Counted from the stretch's first letter, positions 1 through 12,745 are shown. The stretch is 49,938 bases of DNA from Reclinomonas americana ATCC 50394 (GCA_048213135.1 PS015192.1:110769-160706); one strand, 5' to 3'. The notes: a model not told the origin generated them from the letters alone. A program made the numbers and translations.

Positions 1-1090
1 TGTGGAGGCTGGCGATGTGGAGCAACAGCAACAGCAACAGCAACAGCAAGAGCGCGCGATAGAGCGTGGCATTCAAGTGATGCAGCAGCGGCAGATGGAG
101 GAGGAAGAGTTCCGCGAGGCGCAGCGATTGCATGAGGCGCTGATGGCGGCCGGACTCATCTCCGAGGAGGATGCGTTGGAGGCGGAGCGTGGTGTGTGCC
201 TGTGAGAGAGAGTGTGTGTGTACAGTGTGCTTATGTTAGGTGCAGCGTACTTGATGGCGAGCGCGGCGCCGGTGTTGGACTCGGTGCTGCGTGCGGCGCA
301 GCTGGAGCGCGTCTCGGATCCGCTGCTCATCTGGCGTGCGTTGCGAGAACGTGTGCACAGTCGTTTGCATGTGAGCGAGGAGCGGGCGATGGTATGTAAA
401 GGGCCTCTCCGCCTGCTGTGGATCGATGGTTGTTTACATGTCATTCGTTGCAGGTGGCATTGCAAGTGGACGAGGCCATGGTGCAGGAGGTGCCGGTCGG
501 CCATCAGTTTGTGGTTGCGTTGCTCCTGTCTGCTCTTAGACCTGTTTGAGCTGGTTGCTGAGCTTTCGACACAGGCTTGCAGCATGATGCAGGTGTTGTA
601 TTTGCTGTTGCTCGTGGTGCCGGTCATGCTGGACATGGACTTGCTGTCGAACGACAGGATTGTGGCGGGGCTTGCGCTGCATGTTGTTGTTGCGTGTGTT
701 CTCCCCACGACTGAGCACGTGTGTGTGTGTTACTCATGGAAGACGGTCATGCAGTGTGCGCTGTTTTCGTTGCGGTGGAACTTGTTCCGTGACTCCTCCG
801 TTGGCGGCTTGAATGCGGCGACGGCCGGTCCAAGCGATGCAAAAGTGCTGGCGGCGCTCTGTCTCATCGCCAGTCTCTTTCTGTTTGTGGAGTGGACAGT
901 GCTATGGTCATCGTCTGCCGCGGCCAAGGTGCGCCTTCTTGTTTGGTCATGTGAGACGGGAAGAAAATCTAAATCACCGCCTCTGCAGATGCTGCTCACG
1001 GCGGTCGCCGGTGCCGCCACCGTGATCGTCATCAGCTTCATGTACATGGTGATGCTATCGTGTTGCAGACGCGGCTACAATCAACGATGA
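1..1090 (+). CDS. Hypothetical multi-pass membrane protein, 5' truncated by the window edge, multi-exon
   Basis: Poly-Q/acidic exon at 2-191 splices (GT..AG) into GAAYLMAS.... Several hydrophobic segments follow (VLYLLLLVVPVML, VLAALCLIASLFLFVEW, VAGAATVIVISFMYMVML), with a stop at 1090. No family motif recognised and internal exon borders are uncertain. Confidence 0.55.
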
Positions 1091-1277
1091 GGACCGACCT
1101 GCATGCCAGCGCGGATATATTTTGGCCTCTCAATTGATGGCCGCGCTCGACCGAACAGAGGTCTCGCTACGGCGACATCAACTCTGCGCATCGCCTCTAC
1201 CGACGCGCGGGGCCCACTGGACACGCACACATGCGTTCCACGGATCTCGGCCTGCCGCCTCACCACGCCTCAGTCGA

Positions 1278-2908
1278 CTACTGCTCGACATAAAACGGCA
1301 CATTGTGTGTTCCGAGAATCACACCGTCGTCTCCGTTCTCGAAAAACACGCGCACGTAGAGGCGGTAGGCTCCGACTCGCGATGGAGCAGTCACCTCCAC
1401 ACTGCTGCCCGCCTCGTTCAGGGCACGAACGTCGCAGGGGACAGCTGGTGGAGCTCGTTCGGCGTCGCCACCCTGCCGCGCATCGTCCGTCTCCTGCAGC
1501 ACCTCCCAGTGGCACACAGCGTTGGCGCACCCGGAGACAGTGACCGTGTGGCGCGATGCAGGAGCCACCCGCCGACCCATCAACGACTCTGCCGCCATGC
1601 CATTCTCGGGCATGCCACACACGAAAGCCGGCGACGCAGACGGTCTCCACAAGGCGCGCAAGAGGGCGACACACTCGGTCGGCGTGTCGTCGACAAGGAG
1701 CGAAAAGTAGGTCGATGTGCGCTCCTGTTTTTGGCCCCAGTAGAAAGCGAAGCAGCCGCGACACTGCGGGCTCTGACGGGCCGCCTCAAAGGCACGACGC
1801 ATCAGAGTTGCCTTGGCGGTCGACGAGGCTTCAAACGGCGCACCCCAGCTCGTACAGGGGATCTCCCAGTGACCCGGGCCACCAAACTCGGTCAGCATCC
1901 ACGGACCCTTGTAGCCCTGCGGAGAGGGAAAGGGCAACGGGTTAGTGGTGGGTGAGAGGGGGGATGGATACGGGGAATGCATGTCTCGACCTGGCGCTGC
2001 AAGTGTGCGGGGACCTCGGGGGCGGCGCCGTACGCGTTGATGCCGAGAATGTCCACGTCGGGGCACAGCCGCACAAAGTGATGGACGTTGTTCGTACCGG
2101 CCAGCACCACCACAGTCGGATGATGTGGATCCACTCTGCCCGCAGCGACAAGTCAGCATGATGGTGAACATGGACAACTTGGTGTCGCCAGCACGCAACT
2201 TGGCGACCTCCCTCGCCAGACCATTCAATACCGGAAACACGCGCTCCGGATCGCTCTCGAGCTCTGCATCACCAAGGAGGGGGAGAGTGAATCCCTAAAG
2301 AGCAAAGAACAAGGACGACACAGGCGCTCAGCTCACCGACTTCATTGCCGATTCCCCAGGCGAGAATCGCGGGGTGGTCCTTGAGTCGCTCCACCTGCGC
2401 CTTCTTGTCACTCTCACGCACCATCGCCAACAACACCAGCAGCACAGACAACGAAACAGTATCAACGACACTGCACAATTGCTTCTTGATCACGCGCCAG
2501 TTGTCACTGTCACCCACCCGCTCCTCTCGCGCCTCCTCCACGGTGAGCTGTGCGTGGCCGTCGGCTGGATCGTACCGCTGCACCACTCCATGCCTGCCAC
2601 CAAGTGAGAAGAGAGAGAAGGAGAGAGAAGGAGAGAAGAGATGCGCGCACCGTTCGTGGTGGATCCACAACCCGACCAACACTCGCAGTCCCAGTCGCTG
2701 CGCCTCCTCCAGCACCTCAGGTGGATCGCCTGCGCCTCGCGTTGTCAGTGCATCACAAAACAATGAGATCTCACCGAAAAAACGCACCTGCGCCCAGCTG
2801 CTCCACGCCCCACGTGCGCACCGCCTGTGCTCCCCATCGACTGGCCAACTCCAGATGCTGCACACCGCCGACACCACACACAAACTCACCTTCTCCCTCA
2901 CAATGCAT
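1278..2908 (-). CDS. Clan GH-A glycoside hydrolase (GH2-like TIM barrel with C-terminal Ig-like domain), bacterial type, multi-exon
   Basis: Spliced motifs: GAQAVRTWG, AQRLGLRVLVGLWIHHER, KDHPAILAWGIGNE (acid/base), DPHHPT, DILGINAYG, WMLTEFGGPGHWE (nucleophile), FYWGQKQERT and C-terminal APSRVGAYRLYVRV. The start codon is tentative. Confidence 0.85.
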
Positions 2909-2985
2909 GAAATAAAGAGCGACGTGTCCGCCTGCAAGTATGTCCTCTCTCCACAGCTCACGCTCATCGCAACTCACGCGCAGGC

Positions 2986-4484
2986 ATGGCTGACTACGCA
3001 CTGGTCTCTCGCACAGTTGAGTGCTCTCACTGCATGCATGCATCACTGTGTCGGCATGTGCCTTATTGCCTTCACACATGCGCACACGCAGATCCGACTG
3101 CTGTGGAACACGTTCCCTCCCGCTGCAGCTGCATCGGGAGCCCCACTGGACCTCGAGAAGCACATGTATCATGCGCCATCGGGACTGCATGTTGCGTGTG
3201 TGTTGACTGTGGTGGTGATTGACTGTGGTGATTGACTGTTTATGTGCATTGCAGAACGAGGGGGTGTGGCACAACTCAGTCATGGCGGTGGTGTATGCGT
3301 ACGCTGCGCAGCGTGCGCGTGCACTGGGAGAGCCGGCCGAGTGCGACGAGTTCACGGAGGCCGGAGTGAAGCTGTGCCGATCGCTGTGGGAGCATGCGAT
3401 GGATGCGGAGGACGGGCTGCTGAAGCAGCGAGTGCACACGCCGTACTGGGATCACGATCCGGAGAAGAGTGCGTCCTCTCTCTCTCTCTTCCTCCCTCGT
3501 ACATCGCTCATGGGCGCCAATTCGCAGTCGCCAAGATGTACAAGCCGCACTTTTGGGCTCCGTCCAGCGTCAAGAAGACGTCGTCGCAGTCCATGGCCGT
3601 GATCGCCTTCAGCTTTTGGCGCCACACTTTCGCCGACGAGTACCGCACGCTGACGGAGAACTTTGTTCGTCGGCTGTGGAACCCGGCCGAGAAGCAGTGG
3701 ATCACCAGTCCCGGTCGCCACGACAATCGGTGTGCAATGGCTGCCCCTATTGTAGTTTCAAGAGACTTGCCGCTCATGTTGTGCTGCATGAATCGCAGAG
3801 CTGTGGATCAGGCCTTGGCGTTGGTGGCCGTTCTGCGCATGATTCAGTGTCACGAAGTCGGCGACGCACACTCGGTGGAAGCACTGCGCGACATTGTGGA
3901 GGCATCGCGAGCGGCGCTGCTGGTGGCCTTTGGGTACGGCGAGCCCGACAAGCTGGTGCGTGCTGTGTGCAGACCCTACACTGCTGCTGCTGTTGCTCAC
4001 CGTGTGCTGTTCGCAGGCCGGAGCGCGTTTCTCGTGGCAAGAGACGTGGATATGTCTGGCGCTTCTCCTCAGCTCACCGGATCCGGCCAACGACGGTGTC
4101 GTCAGCTCCCTCATGCGCAACATGTACGAGACGTTTGCCGACGAGTCGGGCTTCCTCAAGGCCGAGCCGAAGACCAAGTTGGTGGCCGCCGACGGCTACC
4201 CAGTGCAAGCCTACTCCACCGACAACTCCATGTTTTTCCTGCTGGTGCGTGCCGCCAGCGATCTCGGTGTGCCGCCACCGGTGCCACAGCTGGCCTTGGA
4301 CGAGTTCTCTGCCACGTTTTCCCGCTACCAAGAGTGCATCCGCGGGCCCTCTGGCCTGCTGCAGATTGGAGCGGGCGTGCCGCATGAGGGTCTGTACGCC
4401 AACACCGAGTTCTGCATGTCGCAAGTGCTGCACGTCGGTGATTTTGTTGGCGGCAGCACCACGACGAATGCAGGACAGCCATAA
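2986..4484 (+). CDS. Uncharacterised protein, possibly (alpha/alpha)6 six-hairpin glycosidase/epimerase-like, multi-exon
   Basis: Frame-consistent splicing MADYALVSRT|IRLLWNTFP...GLH|NEGVWHNS.... Repeated helix + 'W-D/N-x-x-x-G/K' turns (LWEHAMDAEDGL, LWNPAEKQW, TFADESGF). The fold assignment is inference. Confidence 0.55.
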
Positions 4485-4567
4485 ATGAATGAATGCGACC
4501 AATCGTGTTAGAAAAATAGTATGCTATGTAATGCGCTAGACCCCCGTTCCTCTTCACGACTATCGCA

Positions 4568-5483
4568 TCAGCGCTCCATGCAAGCACATTTGCATGCGGC
4601 CACCGGGCAGTACTTGTGCGACGAGAACCACTCAAACAGGTGCGCAGCGTATCCACCGTGCTTGCAGCCTTGGCACCACACGAACCATCGACCGCACGTG
4701 TCGTCGGCCAGAACCTGCTGCCCGAGTTGAGCTGTGTAGCAGCGGAGAAAAGGTGAGAGACAAAACGAGGAGCGACTGTCGATAAGTTCACGCGCAACTG
4801 GTCGCCCGCTGATCATCGGCCGCCGACGAGATCGACTCGAGCGCGTACTTGTGCTCCTTGACCTCGCGGAACGAGGTTGGTGGGTGACCTGTGTGTCAAG
4901 CGGCGAAATCGTGAATGATGTGTTTCCTACACTCCTCTCTGCCTCTCAACGCACCACCGTGTATGCCAGTGTAGTTGACGGCGTAGGCTGATGCGCCCCA
5001 CGGCAGCAGTGTCACAGAGCAACGCGGCAGCGGCTTGCGACAGTTGGGACAGCTTGTCGGCTGCGTTTTTTTTACAGTGAGATAGCAGGCTCGGTGGACG
5101 TGGCTACGCGAGAGACCAACACACGCACCCGTGGCTTGGACGAGGTGACATTGCGTGTGCGACTGAGACGCATTTGTGTCTTGGCACTGGCGAATGGAGC
5201 AAAGCTCTGCTGGCAAAAGTTGCATCGGAGGAACACTTGCGGCGAGTCGCTGACCTCGGGGAACGCCGACGCACTGCGTGCCAGGAATGAGATGATACGA
5301 AGACATGTCGCGGACGAATTGCAAGCCATCCACTTGCCTTGCTCCCTCCTTGCCGCGTCCACTGGTCACCCACGGAAGCGCCTGGTGTGGCCTTATGTTC
5401 AGCACGGCACGCAGTTCAATGTCCAGCATCGCTCGCTCCTCCCACAAGCGCCATCCGTCCAGCAGTTGGCGATAACTGTGGAC

Positions 5484-5536
<53 letters not shown>

Positions 5537-5688
5537 GAGACGAACAAACAACAACAAACAAAGTAGAGTAGTAGTTAGTTTAACGTAAACGTAACCGTAC
5601 CTACCGACGACCGTACGGTACGGGAACGGGCCGGACGACGTACCGACCGTACGGTCGGCGGTCCGGACNNNNNNNNNNNNNNNNNNNN

Positions 5689-5733
<45 letters not shown>

Positions 5734-7218
5734 TGCAAAAACACACACAAAAATGAGATGATTTTGAACGAAACGTCTCCAGCCACTGGAAGGGCCGCGA
5801 GTCACCAGTGCGTCGCGACGGACTCGTGCACACGGCGGCGAGTGATGCCTGTGCACAAACATAACTGGTGAGGATGCCAGCACTCTCGGGTTTTGGTACA
5901 GCACACACATATGCACGCGACGGAACTGTCTGAATGTCGCCCGTGCGGTCAATGTGCTGCTGCAAGAGATTGCAGGCCTCCTCCGAGTCGAGGCCGGTGA
6001 TCAGCAGGCCTTCAAGATCACCCGACAGCACACACTCCTCTTGCAGTCGGCTCAAGAACGGAATCAGCTCGGCGTCGGGGAGGAACTTGCAACTGAATGC
6101 CACCTTGTCCACCAGCGACAGATCCTGACCGTACAGCACCGCGCCGTACTCTCCAGGATCACTGCGGCGACATGATCAGAGAATTGAAGGCAAGAGCAAG
6201 GTGCACTGCGCTGGCGCACCTGATGAGGAAGGCAAGCGCGGCGCGCAATTGTCGGCTGCGAATGTTTGGTCGGAGCTCGCTGTACATTTGTCGCCACATG
6301 GGTCGTGAGGCTTCGGCAAATCCGCCGAGTGCGATGCCGAGGAACTTGTAGTGGTTCTTGGGTTCTGTGAGAAGAAAGGGAAGGTGAGTTAGTGAGGGGA
6401 GGGAATAAAGAAGAAGAAGTGAAAAAATGATCAATACCTTCGGGCATGTCGGTGTCATCGAGTTGCTGAAGCAACGAAACGGCGCGTGGCACATTCAAGT
6501 TGAAGAGAGCATGTGAGACCTCGGACTCCAGCTCCTCGCTGCAACAGGCAGCAACAACGGATGGGCGAGCAGACAGTGTGACATTGGAGAGAAAGAGTAC
6601 AAACCCTGTGCGCAGCACTTGGGCGGGCGCAGCCGTGCCCGAACCTCCCACACCAGCCGTCGAGGACGATGCGGCGGCGGCAGCGGCAGCAGCAGCTGAC
6701 GGTGTGCCGGTCGAGAAGGCATCAAGATCGCGCCATCCGCAAATCTGGTGGCAGAGCACACGGCGTGGGTTCTCGTACGTGTCGGTCGACAGCAGTTGCT
6801 CGGTGGGTCGCGCAGATCGGATGCGATCCATGGGTGGCAAGTGGAATGGCAAGTCCTCTGCGAGTGCTGTCATGTGAGAAAAGAACACAATAATGTTATT
6901 CGTGAGAGCACGAAAGAGTTGAACCTTGGCGACCAGTGAGAATCTTGAGCACTCCTGGGAAGTGCATCGGTGCGTCCTTCTTGATGTTGTTCAGGGCGTT
7001 CAGCGCTCGCAACCCTGCGAAACGCTCGACATGAATCTCACAGCCAACGGCAACGCGCAAGCTCCGACTGTGCATCACGCAACTCTCTATCCAGCTCCAC
7101 AAGAACAACAACTTTGGCTTGAGTGGGTGATACGGCTCGTTGGCACAAATGTGATAATTGTCGGCAGCCTGTGTGTGCGAGATGAGCGAATGGGGGTGTG
7201 AAATGAAGGCCAGACAGT

Positions 7219-7253
<35 letters not shown>

Positions 7254-9332
7254 GACGGGCCGTAGCCGTGCGTGGCGCGCCACTTGATGACCTCGGAAAT
7301 GTCGTCCCTGTGAAATCGACCACGACCGGCATGAGTGTGAGATAAAAGAGAAGGAAAGGAAGCGAAATGGGGAAGGACGGGGAAGAATGACGAGACATGG
7401 AAAACGAGAAGATAGAGAGGGAAAAGAGAAAAGGGTGTGGGCGCTCACCGGCCAGGATCCGCGGCGGCGCCGACCGAGTCCCATTGGCTGTGATTGACCA
7501 CTGACTGGTCAATGACAAACACCTCACGATTGCAGATGCTGCGACAGATATGTTAGGGAACGCCGTTAAGGAGTAACAACAGAGTGTGGACGCACGCTAG
7601 CGAGTTGTGGGGACCCCACTCCATGCACGTGGGCTCGTTCAGCTCCAGCAGCTCCACCATGCCAGTGCCGCTCACGGAAAGCATCACCCGCGGAACTATG
7701 GGATGGAACGCAATATCCACTGGCGGTTCCTGGCAGTGCACGTCTGTGGGAGAAGAGCATGTAAGCAAGCAGCACAGGTGAGCGGCACCAAGTGAGCGCA
7801 AGCAACTCTTGTAGTCCGAGTACTTGAACATGACAGGAACGTCGTACTGCGGTCCGGCAGGACCGGCATCACTGGCGTGCCACAACCGCACGTGTGCCTC
7901 GTTGCTGCGTGGTCGAGGGTCAGAAAGGACGAGGGAGAGCAAGCACAGGAGTAAATCGCGCTGCGCTGACCTGGCAATGGTGGCAAGCACATTGACACGA
8001 TGCGGATCCCAGCGGAGGGCAGTGAGCGAGTTCTTGTGCGGGGTGTGGATGATGTAGACCTGCGTTGGAACGCAACGTGTCAACCGAGGGGTGTACAAAC
8101 AAAAATGGAGACTCTCGGCGGACGCAACAGGCTCGTGGTCCACCAAGCGACGCATGTCCCACAGTCGGATTTGGCCATCCTCGGAAAACGTGGCCAAGCG
8201 GTTGCTGTTGAAGGGATCGAACTGCACGCCAAACACCGACTTGCTGTGCGCGTTGATCGAGACGCGCGCTTGCTTGCCTGCAGAAGCAGCACGTGGTTAC
8301 CAGCATGCACCTATGTTGATTGTCTTGCATCACAGAGAGACTCAACTGTGCACGTCGTACACACGCAGCCACTTCATGCCAGTGCCGACGGCCATGGCCA
8401 GCGGCGTGTCGGGAAGCCATGACACGGCCACCTATACAGAAGCAATGTGTAAGCAAGGAGGGGAGGGGAGGAGGAGCTGACGCCCAGCACGCACCGCGTT
8501 CTCGGCCACATTGTTCTCCCACACTGGGGCGGCTGCGTCGACTGTCTGCGCGGTCTTGATGACAAAGGAGCTCTTGGCCTTTTTGGCATCCGAGTGTGAG
8601 CTGCCGCTGAGACCGCTGCCCGAGGCGCCAGAGCTGTGTGACGAGTGAGCGTGATGAAGGGGGGTGAGGTGAGGGGAAGGGAATGGAAACGAGCAAACCT
8701 GCCGCTGGGGCCGGAGGGCTTGGACGGCTTGCGAGTATCACGTTGGCCGAATGCCCGACTGCCGCTCATCTTGGCTGCACCAGGGCGGTCAACCACACGT
8801 ACATACGCGCACACATTAGCAGGTGCAGAAGAACACGCACCAAAGACCGACGTGTTTGACGTCTCCAGCACGGTGACGGAAAAGTCGGAACGTGCCTTGT
8901 CGAATGCTGCGCGCCGAGTACGCATCAGCAGCGATCACACAGCGCGTGATGAACTGTGCAGCAACACTCACCTCCGGCCAGCAGCGTGGGATGAGCACGG
9001 TTCCAGGCCAGCGCATTGCACGGTCGACTGTCTCGCGGTGCGTACTCTCGCACAATGCCCTCGCCCTTTTCGCGAACAACAACGTGAGCTTCACGCGACG
9101 CGGAACAGTAGAACCACCACTCACCGGTCGAAGCAGTTGCACAGCGCCCGTGATGCCCGAGCCCACCGCCAGAATCGGCATCTCGTGTGCACCCGCCGGG
9201 TAGCTCCACGCAATGCACTGCGGGGTGGGGACGTGAGACAAGCGTATGCATACGCGGTGAGATGAGCGCGCATGAACAACGCAACTCGCGGTGCTTGCAC
9301 ATCAGTGCACACATCGACAAAGTCGAATGGAG
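4568..9332 (-). CDS. MIOS: GATOR2/SEACAT subunit MIOS (Sea4) homolog; the 5' end lies in the gap at 9356-9683
   Basis: N-terminal WD40 repeats (CNALAWN, AFDKARSDFSV, GVQFDPFNSNRLATFSEDGQIRLWD). Central LSLVDKVAFSCKFL and GDLEGLLITGL...DRTGDIQT. C-terminal CNFCQQS, SCPNCRKPLPRC and WFVWCQGCKHGGYAAHLFEWF...CPVAACKCAC. Confidence 0.93.
5487..5728. repeat. (AG)n microsatellite tracts in a MIOS intron, flanking a gap
   Basis: Perfect AG dinucleotide runs at about 5487-5533 and 5689-5728. Confidence 0.9.
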
Positions 9333-9751
9333 CTGCACGAGCAAGACGAGTCAGANNNNNNNNNNNNNNNNNNNNNNNNNNNNNNNNNNNNNNNNNNNNN
9401 NNNNNNNNNNNNNNNNNNNNNNNNNNNNNNNNNNNNNNNNNNNNNNNNNNNNNNNNNNNNNNNNNNNNNNNNNNNNNNNNNNNNNNNNNNNNNNNNNNNN
9501 NNNNNNNNNNNNNNNNNNNNNNNNNNNNNNNNNNNNNNNNNNNNNNNNNNNNNNNNNNNNNNNNNNNNNNNNNNNNNNNNNNNNNNNNNNNNNNNNNNNN
9601 NNNNNNNNNNNNNNNNNNNNNNNNNNNNNNNNNNNNNNNNNNNNNNNNNNNNNNNNNNNNNNNNNNNNNNNNNNNNNNNNNNNAGGGTGAGCGAGGAGAG
9701 GGAGTGAGTGACAGAGAGTGTGCGAAGTGAGGAAGCAAGGAGAGCTGAAGC

Positions 9752-9783
<32 letters not shown>

Positions 9784-9931
9784 TCAAGTGAGCGAGGAAG
9801 GGGAGAGAGAGGAGTATGCAGGTAGGTTAAGCGCCCAGATGCGCACGACACTAATCTCTCATAAAAGTACACACTCTGCCGCAGTCTCTCTGTTGTTATC
9901 CGTGCTGACAATCTCATGCTTCTCACTGCAG

Positions 9932-11160
9932 GTCGACAGCACGCGTTCTTCCACTGCGGGAATCACCGTCGCCATGTTGCAGTCAGCACTGGAGGAAGCG
10001 AGTGTGGATCCTGCGTCGGTTCGCCGGCTGCTGCTGAGGACATACTCCGGTGCGCCGCCTGCGGAGTGGGATCCAGCAGCTGGTACGTGCTTGGTAGACA
10101 GGTGTACGGTCTTATCGCCGGTGTTGTTTTCACTCTTCTGGCATTCGATGATTCGAGTGCGGCTGCTCATCCTATCTCTTCCAATTACATTGTGAGACTC
10201 AAACAAGAAGAGTGAGGGAGGGGGGCAGCAAGAGAGGGTAGGAGGGAGAGACAGAGGGGAGAGAGAGTGCAGTCCACTCGCTCATTATTAGTCTCTTCAC
10301 ATTCCACTCTGCACTCGAGCTTCCTCCGCATGTGCCGCAAGTCGCCTGACTCCCACTCCTCGTCCCCTTTGTATCGCGTGACGGTCGCCTCCCTTCCACT
10401 CATTCTGCTTCACTCGGGTTTCCTCTGTTGTTTTGTCACGCTGCAAGTTACTCAAAGCGACTCCAATTTTTCCCAACTCTCTGCTTGCGACCGTGCGCTC
10501 TCTCCTCGCGTGCGCTAAAATCGTCCACTCCTTCAGTCCTTCAGTCATTCAGCCACTCCTACTCTTGATCACCATATCTGAAGCGCAGCTGCGTGTCATT
10601 CTCACATTTTTCACTCTCTCTCCCACTCACTCTGTCCCTCCTTCTCTCCCTCTGTTTCCCTCACTCTCACCCACACTCTCTGTCTTCCACCCTCTCCCTC
10701 GCCCGCTACCTCACCCACTCTTCCTGCTTGTTTCTCGTCTCCTCCTCCCTACTCCCCCCTTCCCCATCAGCCTTATTCCCTTGTAAATTTCCGTTATTCC
10801 CTTCCTCTTTTCTCTTTCCCCCCATCCCCCTTCCCCCGCTTTATTTCCTCCCCTTCCCTTCCCCTTTTCCCCCTTATTGCAGCATACTTAGAGGTCGAGG
10901 CCTCCCGCTGGCTGGCCTCCCTCCCCCACCTGGTGCTGATCGGCCTCGACACCCCCTCCGTGGACCACGCCGCCCGCTCGCCCATCCTGCACCACTCGCA
11001 CGGCGAGTTGTGGGCGTCGCGCATCGCCATTCTCGAGAACCTCAATCTCGCGCGGGTGGCGCGCACGAGTGCCGGCCTGCTACAATGCGCATGGATTCCG
11101 CACTTGTGTTTCCCCGACGCCAAGGGTTGCACGGCGGTGTGGTTCCCTGTGGTGAAGTGA
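9932..11160 (+). CDS. KynB-type kynurenine formamidase / cyclase-family metal-dependent hydrolase, 3' part (two exons; 5' exons not found)
   Basis: Exon ...VRRLLLRTYSG...EWDPAA joins across intron 10083-10882 to AYLEVEASRWLASLPHLVLIGLDTPSVD...HHSH...AILENLNL...DAKGCTAVW. The RLLLRT, GxDTPSVD and ILENL motifs are typical of the cyclase/KynB family. Confidence 0.8.
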
Positions 11161-11625
11161 AGCGACGTCAGTATTGGGAAGGGGGCGTGGAAGAAGCAGC
11201 AGTGGTGTGATGGGAAGGCTGACTGGGGATCAACAAACGTCGCCTCTGTTTGTCGGAATGTCGTGCAGCGAGTATCGGAGGGAGGGAGATGAGAGGCTCT
11301 CGCACTCCTGGCTTCTCGCGCTCTCTCTCACTCTCATAGTCTCCCACACATACCCTGCCCTCTACCCAATGAATTTGGCAATGGCGACGATGCACCACAT
11401 CGCTGCTTGCAGCTGGTTCATGAATGATGCACTTGGTGCAGATGGACCTCGGCATCCACCACTTCAAGACATCAGTCTGCGTGCTTTTTCAATCGGAGGG
11501 GATAGTGTCACGTCGACGACGGCGGAAACAAAAAAACTCGAGAGGCAATAATGAAAGAAAAAATAATCGCAAAAAGGAAAACATCGCCGTCGGCCGTGTG
11601 TGCGTACGCGCGTATCACGACATGC

Positions 11626-12375
11626 TCAAGCAGTGGCCGGAATGCCAATGGCAATCCACGACACGTACGTTTCGGCCACATTGGTGCCGGCCGTCGGTGC
11701 AATCGTCAGCTGGCCGTACGATGTGGCGGCAGGTGCGCTGCCCTGCGCCGGCACCGCATCGCTGTGCAGCACCGACGGATTGATCTGACCCGCGCCAGTA
11801 CCAGCAGCCTTCCAGCCACGCAGGAACACCGCGTAGTTGAAGTCGCCCTGCTTCACACCGAACGGAGTCGATGAGTCAATCAGCGACGCCACCGCAGGTG
11901 CCGTGCCAATGTGTGTAGTCTTGCCCGACAGAACAACGTAGCCGCTCTTGCCCGATGACGCCACCACATAGCGCACCGCCACTTGCTGCACCCGCGAGTC
12001 TCCGCGCACAACACCAATCAACTGCGTAGACCACGCAGATTGAGAACTGATGCTCAGCTCGAAGTTGTCGGTGAGAATGTTGGACGTCGAGCTGCCAAAG
12101 CGGCTAGACGAGAGGCCAGTAAGGGCGAGAGCCGCGGACGGAGTGGAACGGAAGGAGAAGACATTGGACAGCGAGATCGTCTGCAAACATCCGCAAAGTC
12201 AGACGAGCAGCAGAGCACCATACACATACTCTCTCTCGCGAGTGACGAAACGTGGCGAGCGTTCTTGTTTGTAGTCGCATCAGTCCAGCTGTTGGGGCCA
12301 TCAAACGGCGCAGTTTGGTTGTCCAAAATGGACGTGGTAGACGAGTCGGCAGCGAGAGCCAGGTAGTCTGGGCAG

Positions 12376-12438
<63 letters not shown>

Positions 12439-12745
12439 AATCAGCAAATCTCTTGCCTACTTGGGCACTCTCTCTCTCACGCACACACGCACACACCTGC
12501 AGATGCGAGTTATAAAAGTGCACGTGCGCCGAGGCCACTGCCATGAGTGACGACGTCGCAGCCGTGGCCACACTGTCTGCACAAGGCGGAGCAAAGGCCG
12601 CGCGATATGCTGCCGGTCCTCGCGCCACGGCCGCGGCCGCTGCGGCTGCTGCAGCCACGGAGGAGCCGAGGCCACCACTGCTGCTGCCGCCGTAGGCACC
12701 AGAGCCGGTGCCGCCACCTGCGCTGGAGGAGCCCGAGCGTTCCAT
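11626..12745 (-). CDS. Hypothetical beta-rich protein, possibly H-type lectin-like, three exons
   Basis: Exon YLALAADSSTT...NARH splices in frame to a 185-codon exon with FSFRSTPSAALALTGL and YVSWIAIG, reminiscent of H-type lectin strands. The first exon boundary is tentative. Confidence 0.5.
12377..12435. repeat. (CA)n microsatellite, intronic
   Basis: Perfect CA run. Confidence 0.9.

Noticed and set aside
5565-5668. Odd TAAC/GTAC/GACC-patterned sequence with pseudo-palindromes
   Set aside because: Bases cycle in T-A-C-G order after a microsatellite and run into a gap, typical of a low-quality pyrosequencing read tail.
9860-9885. SHKSTHSAA as the KynB HxGTHxD motif
   Set aside because: It lacks the Gly and Asp and the spacing to downstream motifs is too short; probably a chance match in intronic sequence.
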